From positions 19,935 to 83,934 of IMG/VR virus record IMGVR_UViG_3300012956_000016: a stretch of 64,000 nt of DNA; one strand, given 5' to 3'. Below, one piece after another: positions 21,507 to 31,621 of this stretch. A model generated the notes under the pieces. That model ran no database searches. It was not told the DNA's origin and saw nothing but the letters and a program-made list of their open reading frames with translations. The stretch's first letter is position 1, and the number at the start of each line of letters is the position of its first letter. The translations under genes and the position numbers were made by a program. This DNA is from a virus (taxonomy: Duplodnaviria > Caudoviricetes).

Positions 21507-22165
21507 TGAAAGTATTAGTATTAGTGCTTAGTCACTTAGAAGATGGTTATGAACCATTTATAGACTTACAAAAACAAACCTGGGATAGTATACCTGTCCC
21601 GGGTGTTGAAACATTCTTCTACTACGGAGGTAAAACCCGACCAGGTAAAACCAATGAGTGGGGAATAGATTGTGACTCCTCTATCGAGAATAGCTATAAT
21701 AAGATGATTCTGGCCTTTAAGGAAGCACTTAAGTTAAACTGGGATTATATCTTCAGAACAAATTCAACAAGCTATGTGGTCAAATCTGAGCTTCTTAAGA
21801 TGCATGAAGAGTTACCAGATACAAACATAATAGCTGGTCAACTAGGACCTTATCCTTATTGCTTTAAAAAGACTGGTCATGTACAAGGATTTTCTATGAT
21901 GATCTCCCGAGATGTTGTAGAGAAGCTGGTTGCTAATTATCCTGAAGCTGATGGTATCGATGCCCCGGTTATGAGTAGAATACTCTTCGATAAGGAAAAG
22001 GTTAATATGAACAATGATCATTATCCTCATGGAGTAGAGGAACCAAGTGATGTAGATTTAACTAATCCTACACATCTTTACCGCGTAAACAAACATGTAG
22101 ATCTTCAAGGTAGATACTTATTGTTGGAACAGATACATAAATCTGTTACTCAAACATCTCTCTAG
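21506..22165 (+). CDS. Putative GT-A fold glycosyltransferase
   Basis: MKVLVLVLS...QKQTW...ETFFYYG...WDYIFRTNSTSYV pattern typical of galactosyltransferase-like GT-A proteins; TAATG overlap with the upstream gene. Confidence 0.55.
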   Translation: MKVLVLVLSHLEDGYEPFIDLQKQTWDSIPVPGVETFFYYGGKTRPGKTNEWGIDCDSSIENSYNKMILAFKEALKLNWDYIFRTNSTSYVVKSELLKMHEELPDTNIIAGQLGPYPYCFKKTGHVQGFSMMISRDVVEKLVANYPEADGIDAPVMSRILFDKEKVNMNNDHYPHGVEEPSDVDLTNPTHLYRVNKHVDLQGRYLLLEQIHKSVTQTSL

Positions 22166-22171
22166 CCGACG

Positions 22172-22200
22172 AAAAAAAAGGGGGACTTAAAGTCCCTCCT
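22172..22200 (-). terminator. Intrinsic terminator at the convergence of the + and - blocks
   Basis: Minus strand GGAGGGAC-TTTAA-GTCCCCC followed by T8. Confidence 0.8.
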
Positions 22201-22369
22201 TATTAAAAGTTGGTAAGTCCTCGAGTCTACCCTCGATTTCCGTTAACTCAGAAACATTGATCTTAAAAGTCTTATTACTTCCCTCATAATGGGAAGCTAA
22301 AACATAAGTTTGATCTATACTGAGATAGCTCAGATAAATTTTCGTACCATTATAAACTGCTGTCTTCAT
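22187..22369 (-). CDS. Small hypothetical protein
   Basis: 60-aa ORF coupled to the upstream gene by TAATG. Confidence 0.65.
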   Translation of the reverse strand: MKTAVYNGTKIYLSYLSIDQTYVLASHYEGSNKTFKINVSELTEIEGRLEDLPTFNKEGL

Positions 22370-22623
22370 TAGTTAATCTTTTTAAGTCCTTCAATCACAA
22401 TATGTATTTCCTTTTTCAAGTCTGTAGGTAACGAGTCAAACTCTTCTTTAGGAAGAAGAGATAAAGTAAGTTCCTTATTGACATAAAGAACTGTAGTACA
22501 TCCTGAACAAACTGTGATATCTCCCTCAATAGGGATAGCACCAGAACCATCTATAGCTAATGCCATATCAAGAATCTTCTTACAATTTGGACAAGAACAA
22601 GGTACTGTTTTTACACTGTTCAT
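22369..22623 (-). CDS. Zinc-ribbon protein
   Basis: CSCPNC ... CSGC paired CxxC motifs. Confidence 0.7.
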   Translation of the reverse strand: MNSVKTVPCSCPNCKKILDMALAIDGSGAIPIEGDITVCSGCTTVLYVNKELTLSLLPKEEFDSLPTDLKKEIHIVIEGLKKIN

Positions 22624-23006
22624 TAGCTTTGTATAATGGGATGAATATTTGGTTTCGAATAATTAGGTCCCTTTAAAATCTTACCATCCTCACGAAAGAT
22701 AGGATTTCCATCTTCACCTAACTTACTCATGTTACTTCTTTGTATTTCGGAAAACACCTCTTCAATCTTGTGTTGTAGTCCATGTTTCAGGATCGTACCG
22801 CATAAAATATAAAGCTGATCGCCTAGCGCATCGGCAACTTCAACTAAATCCCCCTTCTCACAGGCTTCTAAATATTCGTCATTCTCTTCTTTCATAAGAG
22901 CATATCGAAGTGAGCTTTCTTCCGGGTTTAATAACTGAGGTGTTGTTCCGTCTACAATGTTGAACTTCTTATGAAATTCAGCAACATCACTTAACTGTTT
23001 AATCAT
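22623..23006 (-). CDS. MazG-like all-alpha NTP pyrophosphohydrolase (probable dUTPase, DR2231-type)
   Basis: KEENDEYLEA...EVADALGDQLYI...EIQRSNMSK motifs. Confidence 0.85.
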   Translation of the reverse strand: MIKQLSDVAEFHKKFNIVDGTTPQLLNPEESSLRYALMKEENDEYLEACEKGDLVEVADALGDQLYILCGTILKHGLQHKIEEVFSEIQRSNMSKLGEDGNPIFREDGKILKGPNYSKPNIHPIIQS

Positions 23007-23030
23007 GTATTTGAGTTTAGGTTAGAATGT

Positions 23031-23069
23031 AAAAATAAGAAGACTTAGTATATTTACCAAGTCTTCTTA
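23031..23069 (-). terminator. Intrinsic terminator
   Basis: Perfect 11-bp inverted repeat TAAGAAGACTT/AAGTCTTCTTA followed by a T-tract on the minus strand. Confidence 0.7.
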
Positions 23070-23076
23070 CTATTTT

Positions 23077-23727
23077 TTATTTACCAGCTCCGTTGATATT
23101 AACGGCACCAATAGAGGCAGCTTGTGCACGTTGTACACCTGCAGCACGTTCAGCATCTAATGCGTTTTTCCACATGTCAACTTGTTGAACTAAGAACTCA
23201 TTTTTACTTTGTAAAGTTTCCAACTCAGCTTTTGCTTTGGCTTCTTTAGTTTCGTTTTGTGAGTTCAATAAAGCTGTAGCATTATCATGCTCTTTTTTCA
23301 TCGCTCCAGTTGCTGCAGCTACTGCAGAACTTACTTCAGATTTGATATCGCGATTTACTTTATCAGCATCAGCTTCTAATTTTGAGTAATCAGCTTTATC
23401 AACAGCCACTAATCCTTGACGGTCTAAGATTCCATCAACAACTTTTCTTTCGTTAGCTTTTAACTCAACTTCTAACTCAACTGTTTTTTGACGACGTTTC
23501 TCAGAGAACTCAGTATCAAGTTCTTTGATTTTGTCTTCACGTTGAGCGATGATAGCTTGAGCTTCTTCAGCTTTGTTTGCTAAATCTTCAACTTTACCCA
23601 TTGCAGCTCCTAAAGCTGTAATTGATTTTTTGATTTCTGCTGCTGCTGCTCCGATGATTACTTCAGATGCTGCTGTACCTTTTTTAGGTGCTGACTTTGG
23701 AGACTCCGCTCCTTTTGTTTCTGCCAT
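23077..23727 (-). CDS. Ala/Lys/Glu-rich coiled-coil protein
   Basis: 216-aa ORF with heptad-like composition and phage-like codon usage. Confidence 0.75.
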   Translation of the reverse strand: MAETKGAESPKSAPKKGTAASEVIIGAAAAEIKKSITALGAAMGKVEDLANKAEEAQAIIAQREDKIKELDTEFSEKRRQKTVELEVELKANERKVVDGILDRQGLVAVDKADYSKLEADADKVNRDIKSEVSSAVAAATGAMKKEHDNATALLNSQNETKEAKAKAELETLQSKNEFLVQQVDMWKNALDAERAAGVQRAQAASIGAVNINGAGK

Positions 23728-23767
23728 TTTGTTTTGGTTTTTAGGTTATTTATTTATGAATTGTTTG

Positions 23768-24316
23768 TTACTTAACAGTATACTTGATACCTTTAACAAT
23801 GAACCAGTTGATTCCACGAGGATCAACTAATCTTGTACGAGTATCGTAGTCTTTACTACCATCTTTAGCCTCTTCCATATCGATGAAACTTACACGACCT
23901 AAGTTATTAAGTTCACCATTATGACGACCAACCATAGTACGAGCTTCCCCAACTAAGGCACTTTTAACTGCTTTCTTAACTGCATTTTCAACTGCTTTCG
24001 GAGTTGAACCTTCATATGCAGTCATGATTTCTTTAACCACATCAGCTTCTTTAACTTGTTTGTTAAAGTCTACTGTGATAGCCATACCTGAACTAGCTAA
24101 GAACTTAGCTGATGCTTCAGTTTTATTTAAGGTTACTTCTTTCAAGTGTTGACTTGCAGAGTGTAACTGACCTTCATAATAGTTTTTATCTACTACGATG
24201 TATGCACCAGCATCGTTTTTTAACTGGATCTTACCGTCTTGGAATTTTTCCACGGTGTAAAACTGAGTTTCAGAAAGGACCTCGCCTTTTTTGATTTTTT
24301 TGAATGATGTTGCCAT
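23768..24316 (-). CDS. Hypothetical protein
   Basis: Start moved to MATSFKK (ATG 24316), 1 nt after the stop of the upstream VWA gene. Confidence 0.7.
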   Translation of the reverse strand: MATSFKKIKKGEVLSETQFYTVEKFQDGKIQLKNDAGAYIVVDKNYYEGQLHSASQHLKEVTLNKTEASAKFLASSGMAITVDFNKQVKEADVVKEIMTAYEGSTPKAVENAVKKAVKSALVGEARTMVGRHNGELNNLGRVSFIDMEEAKDGSKDYDTRTRLVDPRGINWFIVKGIKYTVK

Positions 24317-24317
24317 G

Positions 24318-25763
24318 TTAAAAATAGGTTTTTTGTTCTCCATCTTTGTTAAAAGATGAAAGTGAGTTATTATAGATAGCGATGTATTTACCTTTGTTAG
24401 CAATACATAAACGTTTAAGCTCTTCGTTTGCTTGTCTTAATGAGATAGCATTTGTTTTATATTCAAAACCATCTGTACCAACACTGTCATTACCATCATT
24501 GATGGCAAGGATTTCAGGTTGATCTTTAGACAAGTCAATGTCAAGATTACAAAGTTTATGACGAACATTGATTTCGTAGTTGATAAAGTTAACCATATCT
24601 CCTAACTCCGTTCCTCCACCACTTGGTCGTGTAGAAAAAGAAGCCCAGAACTCAAGAGCTGTCTTACGATCATATATATGCTTGAATTTCATGTAACTAG
24701 TGTCACTTAAAAAGTAACTGAAAAAGATTTCAGCTTCCTCTTTCATAGCATATTTAAGACGATCAATAAGTAAAGCTACTACCCATTCTTGTTTGTCTTG
24801 TTCGTTCATACTTCCAGAGTAATCAAGTAACATGATGATCTTTTGTTTGTGTTCTGTACGATCTACAGGAACTCTTACAATTAGATCTTTTGTTAAAAGC
24901 TTGGTAGGAAAGTTTGGCATAAGTCGTTGGTACAACTCGACATTGTTCATTTGAGAGTAATCTCTCATCATACGGTGAGCTGTGATATGGGAGTTAGCTA
25001 CTACTTTTTCTTCAACTTCTTTCTGGATTTTAAATTCAGAACCAAAGTTTTTGATCATAGCGATCTTATTAAGGATCTCAAACTTACGACTTTTACCGAA
25101 CATGTTTTCATCAAGTAACTCATTGTATATAGGGTCACCATACACTTCAGAGTTAACATTGATTTCTTCAGATCTTTCTAAATCTTTAGGAGTCATTTTT
25201 CCTTTAGGTCCTCCTGCTTTACGTTCCAATTCTTTGAAAACAAATAATGCTTTCTCAAGTGGAGACATACCAGGTACAAATCTATCCCAAAGATCATTAT
25301 ACATCTGCTGTTTAGCTGCGATCATCTCTATCTCCTTCTCATTTAATGCACTAAGATCATCATACTTAGGATCAAAATAGTCTTTTTCTTCTAGCATTTT
25401 ATAGTAAAAGAAGCGTGACATTTCTTTAATCAAATCTCTGTTATCCTTAGTATCTGCATTCCAATCAAGTTTGGATGAGATATCAGTACTTTTAGGAGTA
25501 AAATAACTCGGGTGGTTTTTAATAACCAAGTCCTTATCATCATCTTCTCCTACTGTACTAAATCCTCCAAAATTACCCCAGCTAAAGTTACCTCCGTAGT
25601 AGTCTTCATAGTAGTCATCATAACCACCATATCCACCACCGTATCCGTAACCATAGTTTCCACCTCCATAACGACCATTACCACCACCATTCTTTCCACC
25701 TTTTCCTGTGTAGGTTGTAGTTCTGTGACTATCAAATCCTACATTCTTAGAATGATAGCCCAT
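24318..25763 (-). CDS. VWA-domain protein with Gly/Tyr-rich N-terminus (partner of MoxR ATPase 1)
   Basis: MIDAS DYSGSM, PSGGGTELG, INDGND; start moved to MGYHSKN (ATG 25763), overlapping the AAA stop. Confidence 0.85.
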   Translation of the reverse strand: MGYHSKNVGFDSHRTTTYTGKGGKNGGGNGRYGGGNYGYGYGGGYGGYDDYYEDYYGGNFSWGNFGGFSTVGEDDDKDLVIKNHPSYFTPKSTDISSKLDWNADTKDNRDLIKEMSRFFYYKMLEEKDYFDPKYDDLSALNEKEIEMIAAKQQMYNDLWDRFVPGMSPLEKALFVFKELERKAGGPKGKMTPKDLERSEEINVNSEVYGDPIYNELLDENMFGKSRKFEILNKIAMIKNFGSEFKIQKEVEEKVVANSHITAHRMMRDYSQMNNVELYQRLMPNFPTKLLTKDLIVRVPVDRTEHKQKIIMLLDYSGSMNEQDKQEWVVALLIDRLKYAMKEEAEIFFSYFLSDTSYMKFKHIYDRKTALEFWASFSTRPSGGGTELGDMVNFINYEINVRHKLCNLDIDLSKDQPEILAINDGNDSVGTDGFEYKTNAISLRQANEELKRLCIANKGKYIAIYNNSLSSFNKDGEQKTYF

Positions 25764-26952
25764 CAGGTTGACTAATTTGTGGTTCTTCAACAGGACCATC
25801 ATTAATAGGACTTCCACCGAAACTTTCTGCTGCATCGCTGATATTAACTAAAAGATCCAAGGTTTTCTTGTTCTTCTCGTAGATAAGAGTGAATTTTTTG
25901 ATAGCATCTGTTGTAGTAGAAATAAGAGAATCGTCAGCTTTAATAGCTTTCAAAGCTGTGATCTCAATATATAAGCTTTTGTTTAACTTAGCAGCTTCTT
26001 GTAAGCCAGTAGTTAAGTTCATATCAGCAGTATCAAACTTGCGAATGATGTCTAACATATGAGCAGTTTTCTTCTTGATCTCCAAGATACTGTTAAACTT
26101 AGTGATAGAAGTTTTTAACAAATCAGGTTTACCACTGAAGTCAGCAATAAAGTTTAATGCTTCAGGACCTGACTCTGCAATGATAGAAGCTGCAGTTAAT
26201 GCGATACGAGGACTGATAGTTGTACCACCAGTATGGTATGCTTCTAATAAGTAAGTTAACATAGGATCTGCTCCACCAAACTTAGCCATGAAAAGCTTCT
26301 CGTAGTTATGACGAGTATGTTCTTTCCAAACAACTTTTAACTCTAAAGGAAAACGTTCCATTAAAGCTTTCAATGAATTGTTCTTAGAGAACTCTTCACG
26401 AGTTTTGTTAGTACAACAAATAATGTTTTTTGTTTTGATTGGGTATACTTGTCCTCCATTTCTGAAAACACCTGAGCTCAAGATATCTTTTAGTTGTTCC
26501 AAGATATAATCTGGAGCATCAAATAACTCTTCAAAGATAACGTATTCAAAGTTCATGAATGAATTATCAACTAAGTATTCTATTTTACCAGTAGCATTGA
26601 AAGTTAAGATATCTAAACCACCGAATAAACGATCAGTTGTCATACCTGAACCCATAGTAATTACATAAGGACTGATACCTTTAACACCAAGGTAATCTAA
26701 AGCATACTCTGATTTACCATATCCACCTGGTCCATAAAGAATAACATTTTTCTCTGTGTTGAAAGAAACGTCAAGTACTTTCTTTACATCATCCATGAAT
26801 ACATAAGCATCCAAAGGATTAGGCTTTTCTAAATCACCTAACTCATCAGTAGATTTTACTGATGCATTTACATTTTGTTCTCCGGCAGTTTCGCCAGTTG
26901 TGTTCTCGTTGTTTACAGTAGACCCTGCTACTGTTGTGTTCTCTTCGTTCAT
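25747..26952 (-). CDS. MoxR-family AAA+ ATPase 1
   Basis: Walker A GPGGYGKS, Walker B VIFEELFDA, sensor CCTN, ALMERF. Confidence 0.88.
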   Translation of the reverse strand: MNEENTTVAGSTVNNENTTGETAGEQNVNASVKSTDELGDLEKPNPLDAYVFMDDVKKVLDVSFNTEKNVILYGPGGYGKSEYALDYLGVKGISPYVITMGSGMTTDRLFGGLDILTFNATGKIEYLVDNSFMNFEYVIFEELFDAPDYILEQLKDILSSGVFRNGGQVYPIKTKNIICCTNKTREEFSKNNSLKALMERFPLELKVVWKEHTRHNYEKLFMAKFGGADPMLTYLLEAYHTGGTTISPRIALTAASIIAESGPEALNFIADFSGKPDLLKTSITKFNSILEIKKKTAHMLDIIRKFDTADMNLTTGLQEAAKLNKSLYIEITALKAIKADDSLISTTTDAIKKFTLIYEKNKKTLDLLVNISDAAESFGGSPINDGPVEEPQISQPDGLSF

Positions 26953-26972
26953 ATTAATTTAAGGGTATTGTG

Positions 26973-27917
26973 TTATAATAAAGTCTCCATACTCTTGTAA
27001 GCTCCTATTAATTCTTCGTCTCCTGAAGCAAATGCAGCAGCTGATTTAGCAGCAAAAGCAGATTTACTTGAACGAACATAGGTACTAGCCTCAACAATAT
27101 TAGATACTTTACTAGCATTTGTAAAATCAATACATACACCACCTGTCATTTCAGATAGTTGTTTGTACCAAGGTGTGCTATGGATTCTTAAAGTATCGTA
27201 TTGTATGCCCATCTTAGCAGCTGTTTTAGCTTCTTCTTTCCAATCGATTTGAGCATTTTGTACTTTACCAGCAAGACTATAACCTACTTTATGTGGATTA
27301 TCATCTCCGATAAATAATACTGATTTGATACCATCTCTCCAGTCAGTTTCTTCGTTAATCTTTTTGATAACAAGTTCATAGAACTCATCTCCATCTCCAC
27401 CAGAAGTGTTTTTAGCATGTTGTATGAATTTTACCAAATCGTTCTGGTTATCAGTTAACTCGATAGTTTGGTAAGCTTTACCAAATACTTTAGATGATTC
27501 CATATCACAGTAATCACCGAAAGCTACTATCTTAACTTTTAAGTTAGGAACGTTCTTAAATAAGTTAACCACTACTTCTTGTACATGCTTTCTTACAGCT
27601 GCGATGTATGATCCCATACTTCCTGTAGTATCAAATGCGATAACATAGTCAGTTGTTTTAGTTGTAATATCTTCAACTTTTGTAGAGCTAGTTTTAGTAG
27701 CAGTTGTTGCTACAACCTTTGTAGGTACAACTTTCTTAGCAGCCTTTTTAGGTGTCACTTTTTTTGCAGTTGCTTTTTTAGTAGAAGGAGTTTCTTCTGA
27801 GAAAGCTTTCAAGAATCCAGCTTCAGTTTTGTAGCCATATTTTAGCAACATTTTTGCTTTACGTTCTTTGTTAGCCCTTTTATAGGACTGAAGAACAGTT
27901 GGTGTGGTCTTTGCCAT
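26973..27917 (-). CDS. VWA-domain protein with histone-H1-like Lys/Ala-rich N-terminal tail
   Basis: FDTTGSMG, AFGDYCD, GGDGDEFYE, FIGDDNPH; start set at MAKTTPT (27917). Confidence 0.85.
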   Translation of the reverse strand: MAKTTPTVLQSYKRANKERKAKMLLKYGYKTEAGFLKAFSEETPSTKKATAKKVTPKKAAKKVVPTKVVATTATKTSSTKVEDITTKTTDYVIAFDTTGSMGSYIAAVRKHVQEVVVNLFKNVPNLKVKIVAFGDYCDMESSKVFGKAYQTIELTDNQNDLVKFIQHAKNTSGGDGDEFYELVIKKINEETDWRDGIKSVLFIGDDNPHKVGYSLAGKVQNAQIDWKEEAKTAAKMGIQYDTLRIHSTPWYKQLSEMTGGVCIDFTNASKVSNIVEASTYVRSSKSAFAAKSAAAFASGDEELIGAYKSMETLL

Positions 27918-28042
27918 TTTAAATAAGTTTGAGATATTCATAGATAAACTAAAGGCCAGGATTACTCCCAGCCTATAGTGTATAGACAAGTGAGTTTCAC
28001 TTATCTACTTAATGTACAAAATTTTGAGTAACTTTTTGAATA

Positions 28043-28330
28043 CTACGATAATACCGCAGCATCTGATTCTTCAATCGGTGTAGGAGAAATAGCATCAGTT
28101 GAAGCTTTCACTTCTTCTTCTTTTACATCGTTATCCAACACGATTACATACTCAGGTTCTTTTTTGGCTTTAGGTTTTGCTTTGCTTAAACCGAAGGTCA
28201 TCATCGCATCTTTGATTTCTGACTCTTTCACACCGAAGATAACTGCTACCATCTCGTGTGTATTTCCTAAACCTTTAAGTTTAGCTAATTCGCTTTTTTT
28301 AAGCACTACTTGTCTTGCTGTTGTTGACAT
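28043..28330 (-). CDS. Hypothetical protein
   Basis: 95-aa ORF in the operon. Confidence 0.7.
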   Translation of the reverse strand: MSTTARQVVLKKSELAKLKGLGNTHEMVAVIFGVKESEIKDAMMTFGLSKAKPKAKKEPEYVIVLDNDVKEEEVKASTDAISPTPIEESDAAVLS

Positions 28331-28342
28331 ATATATTTGGAT

Positions 28343-28609
28343 TTATTTTGGGTTAAAAGTTTTATCAGCTGTTACATAAGCTTGATACATTGCGCGAAAT
28401 TCATTACCTGTGGCTTGTGTAACTACATGTTTACCATCAGGTGTTTGGACTACAAACATAACTGTTGTTTGTCCACCGAGGGTACCTTTCTCAAGAATAC
28501 CCATAGTAAAGTGATTAACATCTATCACATTTTCTATACTTAATCCTTTAATTAGAGGAATACCATCACTGGCATCTTCTAAACTTTGTATTTTTATACT
28601 TACTGACAT
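28343..28609 (-). CDS. Hypothetical protein
   Basis: 88-aa ORF coupled to PolB by TAATG. Confidence 0.7.
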   Translation of the reverse strand: MSVSIKIQSLEDASDGIPLIKGLSIENVIDVNHFTMGILEKGTLGGQTTVMFVVQTPDGKHVVTQATGNEFRAMYQAYVTADKTFNPK

Positions 28610-30564
28610 TAGTCAAAGTTTAGTGATAACTGAGCACCACTTGGTCCCAGTGTTATGTTGTTGATTTCTTTATAAATCTCTTGTAGATAAAAGGAGTCTT
28701 CTACATTATAGTCTTCCCATGCCTTTTTTTCATACTTGTTAAAGACTGTTTGCAACCATTGTCCAGCTTGATTCTGTATCTGCCTACCATCTTCTTTATG
28801 AGTCTTAACAATCTTCTTACCCTTATCACTTATGTAGTATCTAATAGTATCTTGAAGTTCTGTTTTAACTAGACCTTGGCTTCCTATACTCAACTCTTCA
28901 AATTTCCAGTCGTGACCTTTAATCCTGGACACACCACAGTAATCGTAAATATTACGATTATTAACTATGTATGTTTCAGGAAGAATATCATTAACAAAGT
29001 AGTTGAATATTGCTTTAGAAACGATTAAGAAACTCTTGTTCTTATGTAAGTGAGTTGGTTTATAGTTTTGAAGATCTTCCCACTCAAATCTACCTTTACA
29101 CTTAGTCTTACCGTCGCTGTAAACTGATATATAGTTGTTAATATCCCAGATGAACATCTTACTATACTCAGCATATTCAAGAGTAAGTTTTGTCTTAGCT
29201 TCCCAATTCTTACAGATCTGATAGTATTTCTCTACATCGCTTCGTCGAATCCTCATCGTAATACCATCGGTATTAGTTTGTAATAACTGAGAATCAGGAA
29301 GAGTTAATAGAAACTCTTCAGCTAGCATTGTGATCAGTAACTGACCATTGATAGTTGTCTGCATTGTGTACTGAGGATCATATAACCAAGAGTATTCACT
29401 ATTAGAGTTACCATAAGTTGCATTAGCAGCTTCTTTAAACCCTTCGATAATAGCTATATCTCCTAACTTACCCTTAGCTTTTTCTGCAAGACGAACTCCT
29501 ACAATATCGTTCTTATAAGTCTGGAAAAACACTGGACCTAAATGGGCAGGATACATTCCATTTTGTACAGCAATACTAGGATATAGTGAAGCAACATCAC
29601 AGTCTATTATTATAAACTCAAGATCACTTTTATATATACCAGCTACTGACTGATGAACACCTCCGGATCCGTATTCAAATTCGTAACTCATGAACCTTTG
29701 AGTATGCTTAAAACTACCCTTGGTATTATACACTGTGGTATCGAGTATAGTATCAAGAAGAGAGTTAAACTCTTTACTCTTAAAGGCTACATAAGGAAAA
29801 ACAATATCTTTTAATACTATACTTTCCCTACGAGTTCTTCCTTGTTTTACTTCCCATGGGCTTTGACCTGTTTTATCACAGTATAGCTTTAGTAGTAACT
29901 CACTTCCTATCTTAGTATTGGAATAGTTATAACAGGACATGTCATACTTGTTACCAATAGTCTTACGGAGATTTATTTGTTTCTTACATAAATGCAAGAT
30001 CCTTTTGGTTGAGCTAACATCATTCCTACAATAGGACTCGATGTCATCAACCTCTGTTTGTGTTTTAATTTCTGTTGTATGGTGGATAGGCATCTCTTGC
30101 AAGTTAGGCCAATCCATAGCATACTGGATCCATTTCAATGATGCTGACTTATTCACATTATCCCAATGATTAGTTTTGAAGATATCAACCTGTCCGATTG
30201 ATAACTTCCTCTCAGGAAACATAGCCCATTCTTTGGCTCTACTTCTCCTAATAACCTCTTGTGATTGTGCATAAATAGCACGAGCAGCTTCATCAGCTGT
30301 CATAGAAATAAGTAGAGCTTTGTTATTCAGAATATACTGTGTTATCTGACTATCAAAGTTTAGTCCATTAAAAGATATATGAAGCTCTTTTAGCTTTTGA
30401 TTTCGTTCTAGGAAATCGATAAACTTTTCTATATCGTTTCTCAGAGTATGAACGACAAATACTAAAGTAGTATTGTCGTCCTCTCTAAAGTCTTCGAATA
30501 CAGCTAAGAAACAGTTACTAAGAGTTTCATAATCATGTACCCAATGTGTTTTCGGTATCTCCAT
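28609..30564 (-). CDS. polB: Family B DNA polymerase
   Basis: ExoI HDYETL; region II DCDVASLYP; region III KEAANATYG; region I QTNTDGI. Confidence 0.93.
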   Translation of the reverse strand: MEIPKTHWVHDYETLSNCFLAVFEDFREDDNTTLVFVVHTLRNDIEKFIDFLERNQKLKELHISFNGLNFDSQITQYILNNKALLISMTADEAARAIYAQSQEVIRRSRAKEWAMFPERKLSIGQVDIFKTNHWDNVNKSASLKWIQYAMDWPNLQEMPIHHTTEIKTQTEVDDIESYCRNDVSSTKRILHLCKKQINLRKTIGNKYDMSCYNYSNTKIGSELLLKLYCDKTGQSPWEVKQGRTRRESIVLKDIVFPYVAFKSKEFNSLLDTILDTTVYNTKGSFKHTQRFMSYEFEYGSGGVHQSVAGIYKSDLEFIIIDCDVASLYPSIAVQNGMYPAHLGPVFFQTYKNDIVGVRLAEKAKGKLGDIAIIEGFKEAANATYGNSNSEYSWLYDPQYTMQTTINGQLLITMLAEEFLLTLPDSQLLQTNTDGITMRIRRSDVEKYYQICKNWEAKTKLTLEYAEYSKMFIWDINNYISVYSDGKTKCKGRFEWEDLQNYKPTHLHKNKSFLIVSKAIFNYFVNDILPETYIVNNRNIYDYCGVSRIKGHDWKFEELSIGSQGLVKTELQDTIRYYISDKGKKIVKTHKEDGRQIQNQAGQWLQTVFNKYEKKAWEDYNVEDSFYLQEIYKEINNITLGPSGAQLSLNFD

Positions 30565-31102
30565 CAGTTTTCTTTATACCCCAGAAATATAGGTCATTAG
30601 ACTCCATGTTTACTTTGAACTGGTATTCAGAAAAGATATTATCTACATCAACAGCTCCCCTGATATTTTCGATATTAAGGTTTTTATAGTAGTTGGGCCA
30701 GATGTAGTTTGTATATGGTGATAGATCAGGAGTTCCTGACTTACTTGTACCATGTTCTTCTCTTCCTTCAGTTGCACATGTAAATAGAAACAAGCCTCCT
30801 GGCTTTAACATATTTACGATATTTTGTAAACTCTCCACGTAATGTTTATCGTGTTCAAAACACTCTGTTGAGATAATGGTATCGTACTGAATCTCTGGGT
30901 TGAACATATGGGTTTTTGTTACCACATCTACGTTCTCTCCTGAACCAAGATCAATACCAAGGTAGTGACAGTCTGTAAAATAAGACCTATTGTTACCGTT
31001 AATATCGAGTGATCCTACATCAAGTACTGTCTTGTTCTTAAAATGATCGGGGTATAATGTCAAAACGCTGGTACAGAAATCTTGTTGTTCTTTATGTGCC
31101 AT
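30533..31102 (-). CDS. Class I SAM-dependent methyltransferase
   Basis: VLDVGS, YLGIDL, YDTIISTECFEHD, LKPGGLFLF. Confidence 0.88.
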   Translation of the reverse strand: MAHKEQQDFCTSVLTLYPDHFKNKTVLDVGSLDINGNNRSYFTDCHYLGIDLGSGENVDVVTKTHMFNPEIQYDTIISTECFEHDKHYVESLQNIVNMLKPGGLFLFTCATEGREEHGTSKSGTPDLSPYTNYIWPNYYKNLNIENIRGAVDVDNIFSEYQFKVNMESNDLYFWGIKKTDGDTENTLGT

Positions 31103-31116
31103 GGTTTCTAAAAATT

Positions 31117-31148
31117 AAAAAAGGGGAAAGCATACGCAATCCCCTCTT
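31117..31148 (-). terminator. Intrinsic terminator
   Basis: AGGGGA/TCCCCT stem followed by a T-tract on the minus strand. Confidence 0.7.
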
Positions 31149-31162
31149 ATAGGTTAGTAATA

Positions 31163-31594
31163 TTAGTCTTTACTTATTAGTTCGATCTTAGGTCCTTCGG
31201 TCGGAGCTACAATACTAGGTATTGCATCCGTATATTGTTTATAGTCGTAGCTATCTGCATTCTCGCATAAAGCTTTGATCATTTCTTCTACTTCTGTTTT
31301 TTCATAGATAATAAACTCCATGAATGTTTGCATGAACTTACGTTCTTCTCTGTAATGTTTCTTATTCGGTCTCCCTTTTCCACCACCTACTAATTGTAGG
31401 TCACCATTGTCATCTAACTTTGGTATCATGTGAAAAGTATCTCTCGCTGTTTTAGAAAACAAAACTAATGATTTTGTTTCAGGGTCATAGACTCCTTCTG
31501 CATATGCACAATCAATACTGATCGGCATAAGTCTAAATGTTTTTTGTGACTGCCACGCACCGGTGATTAGTCTCATTGTTTTTTGTGTTGACAT
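31163..31594 (-). CDS. Hypothetical protein
   Basis: 143-aa ORF. Confidence 0.75.
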   Translation of the reverse strand: MSTQKTMRLITGAWQSQKTFRLMPISIDCAYAEGVYDPETKSLVLFSKTARDTFHMIPKLDDNGDLQLVGGGKGRPNKKHYREERKFMQTFMEFIIYEKTEVEEMIKALCENADSYDYKQYTDAIPSIVAPTEGPKIELISKD

Positions 31595-31621
31595 GTTGAG
31601 TTGGTTTTTTGATTAGACAAA

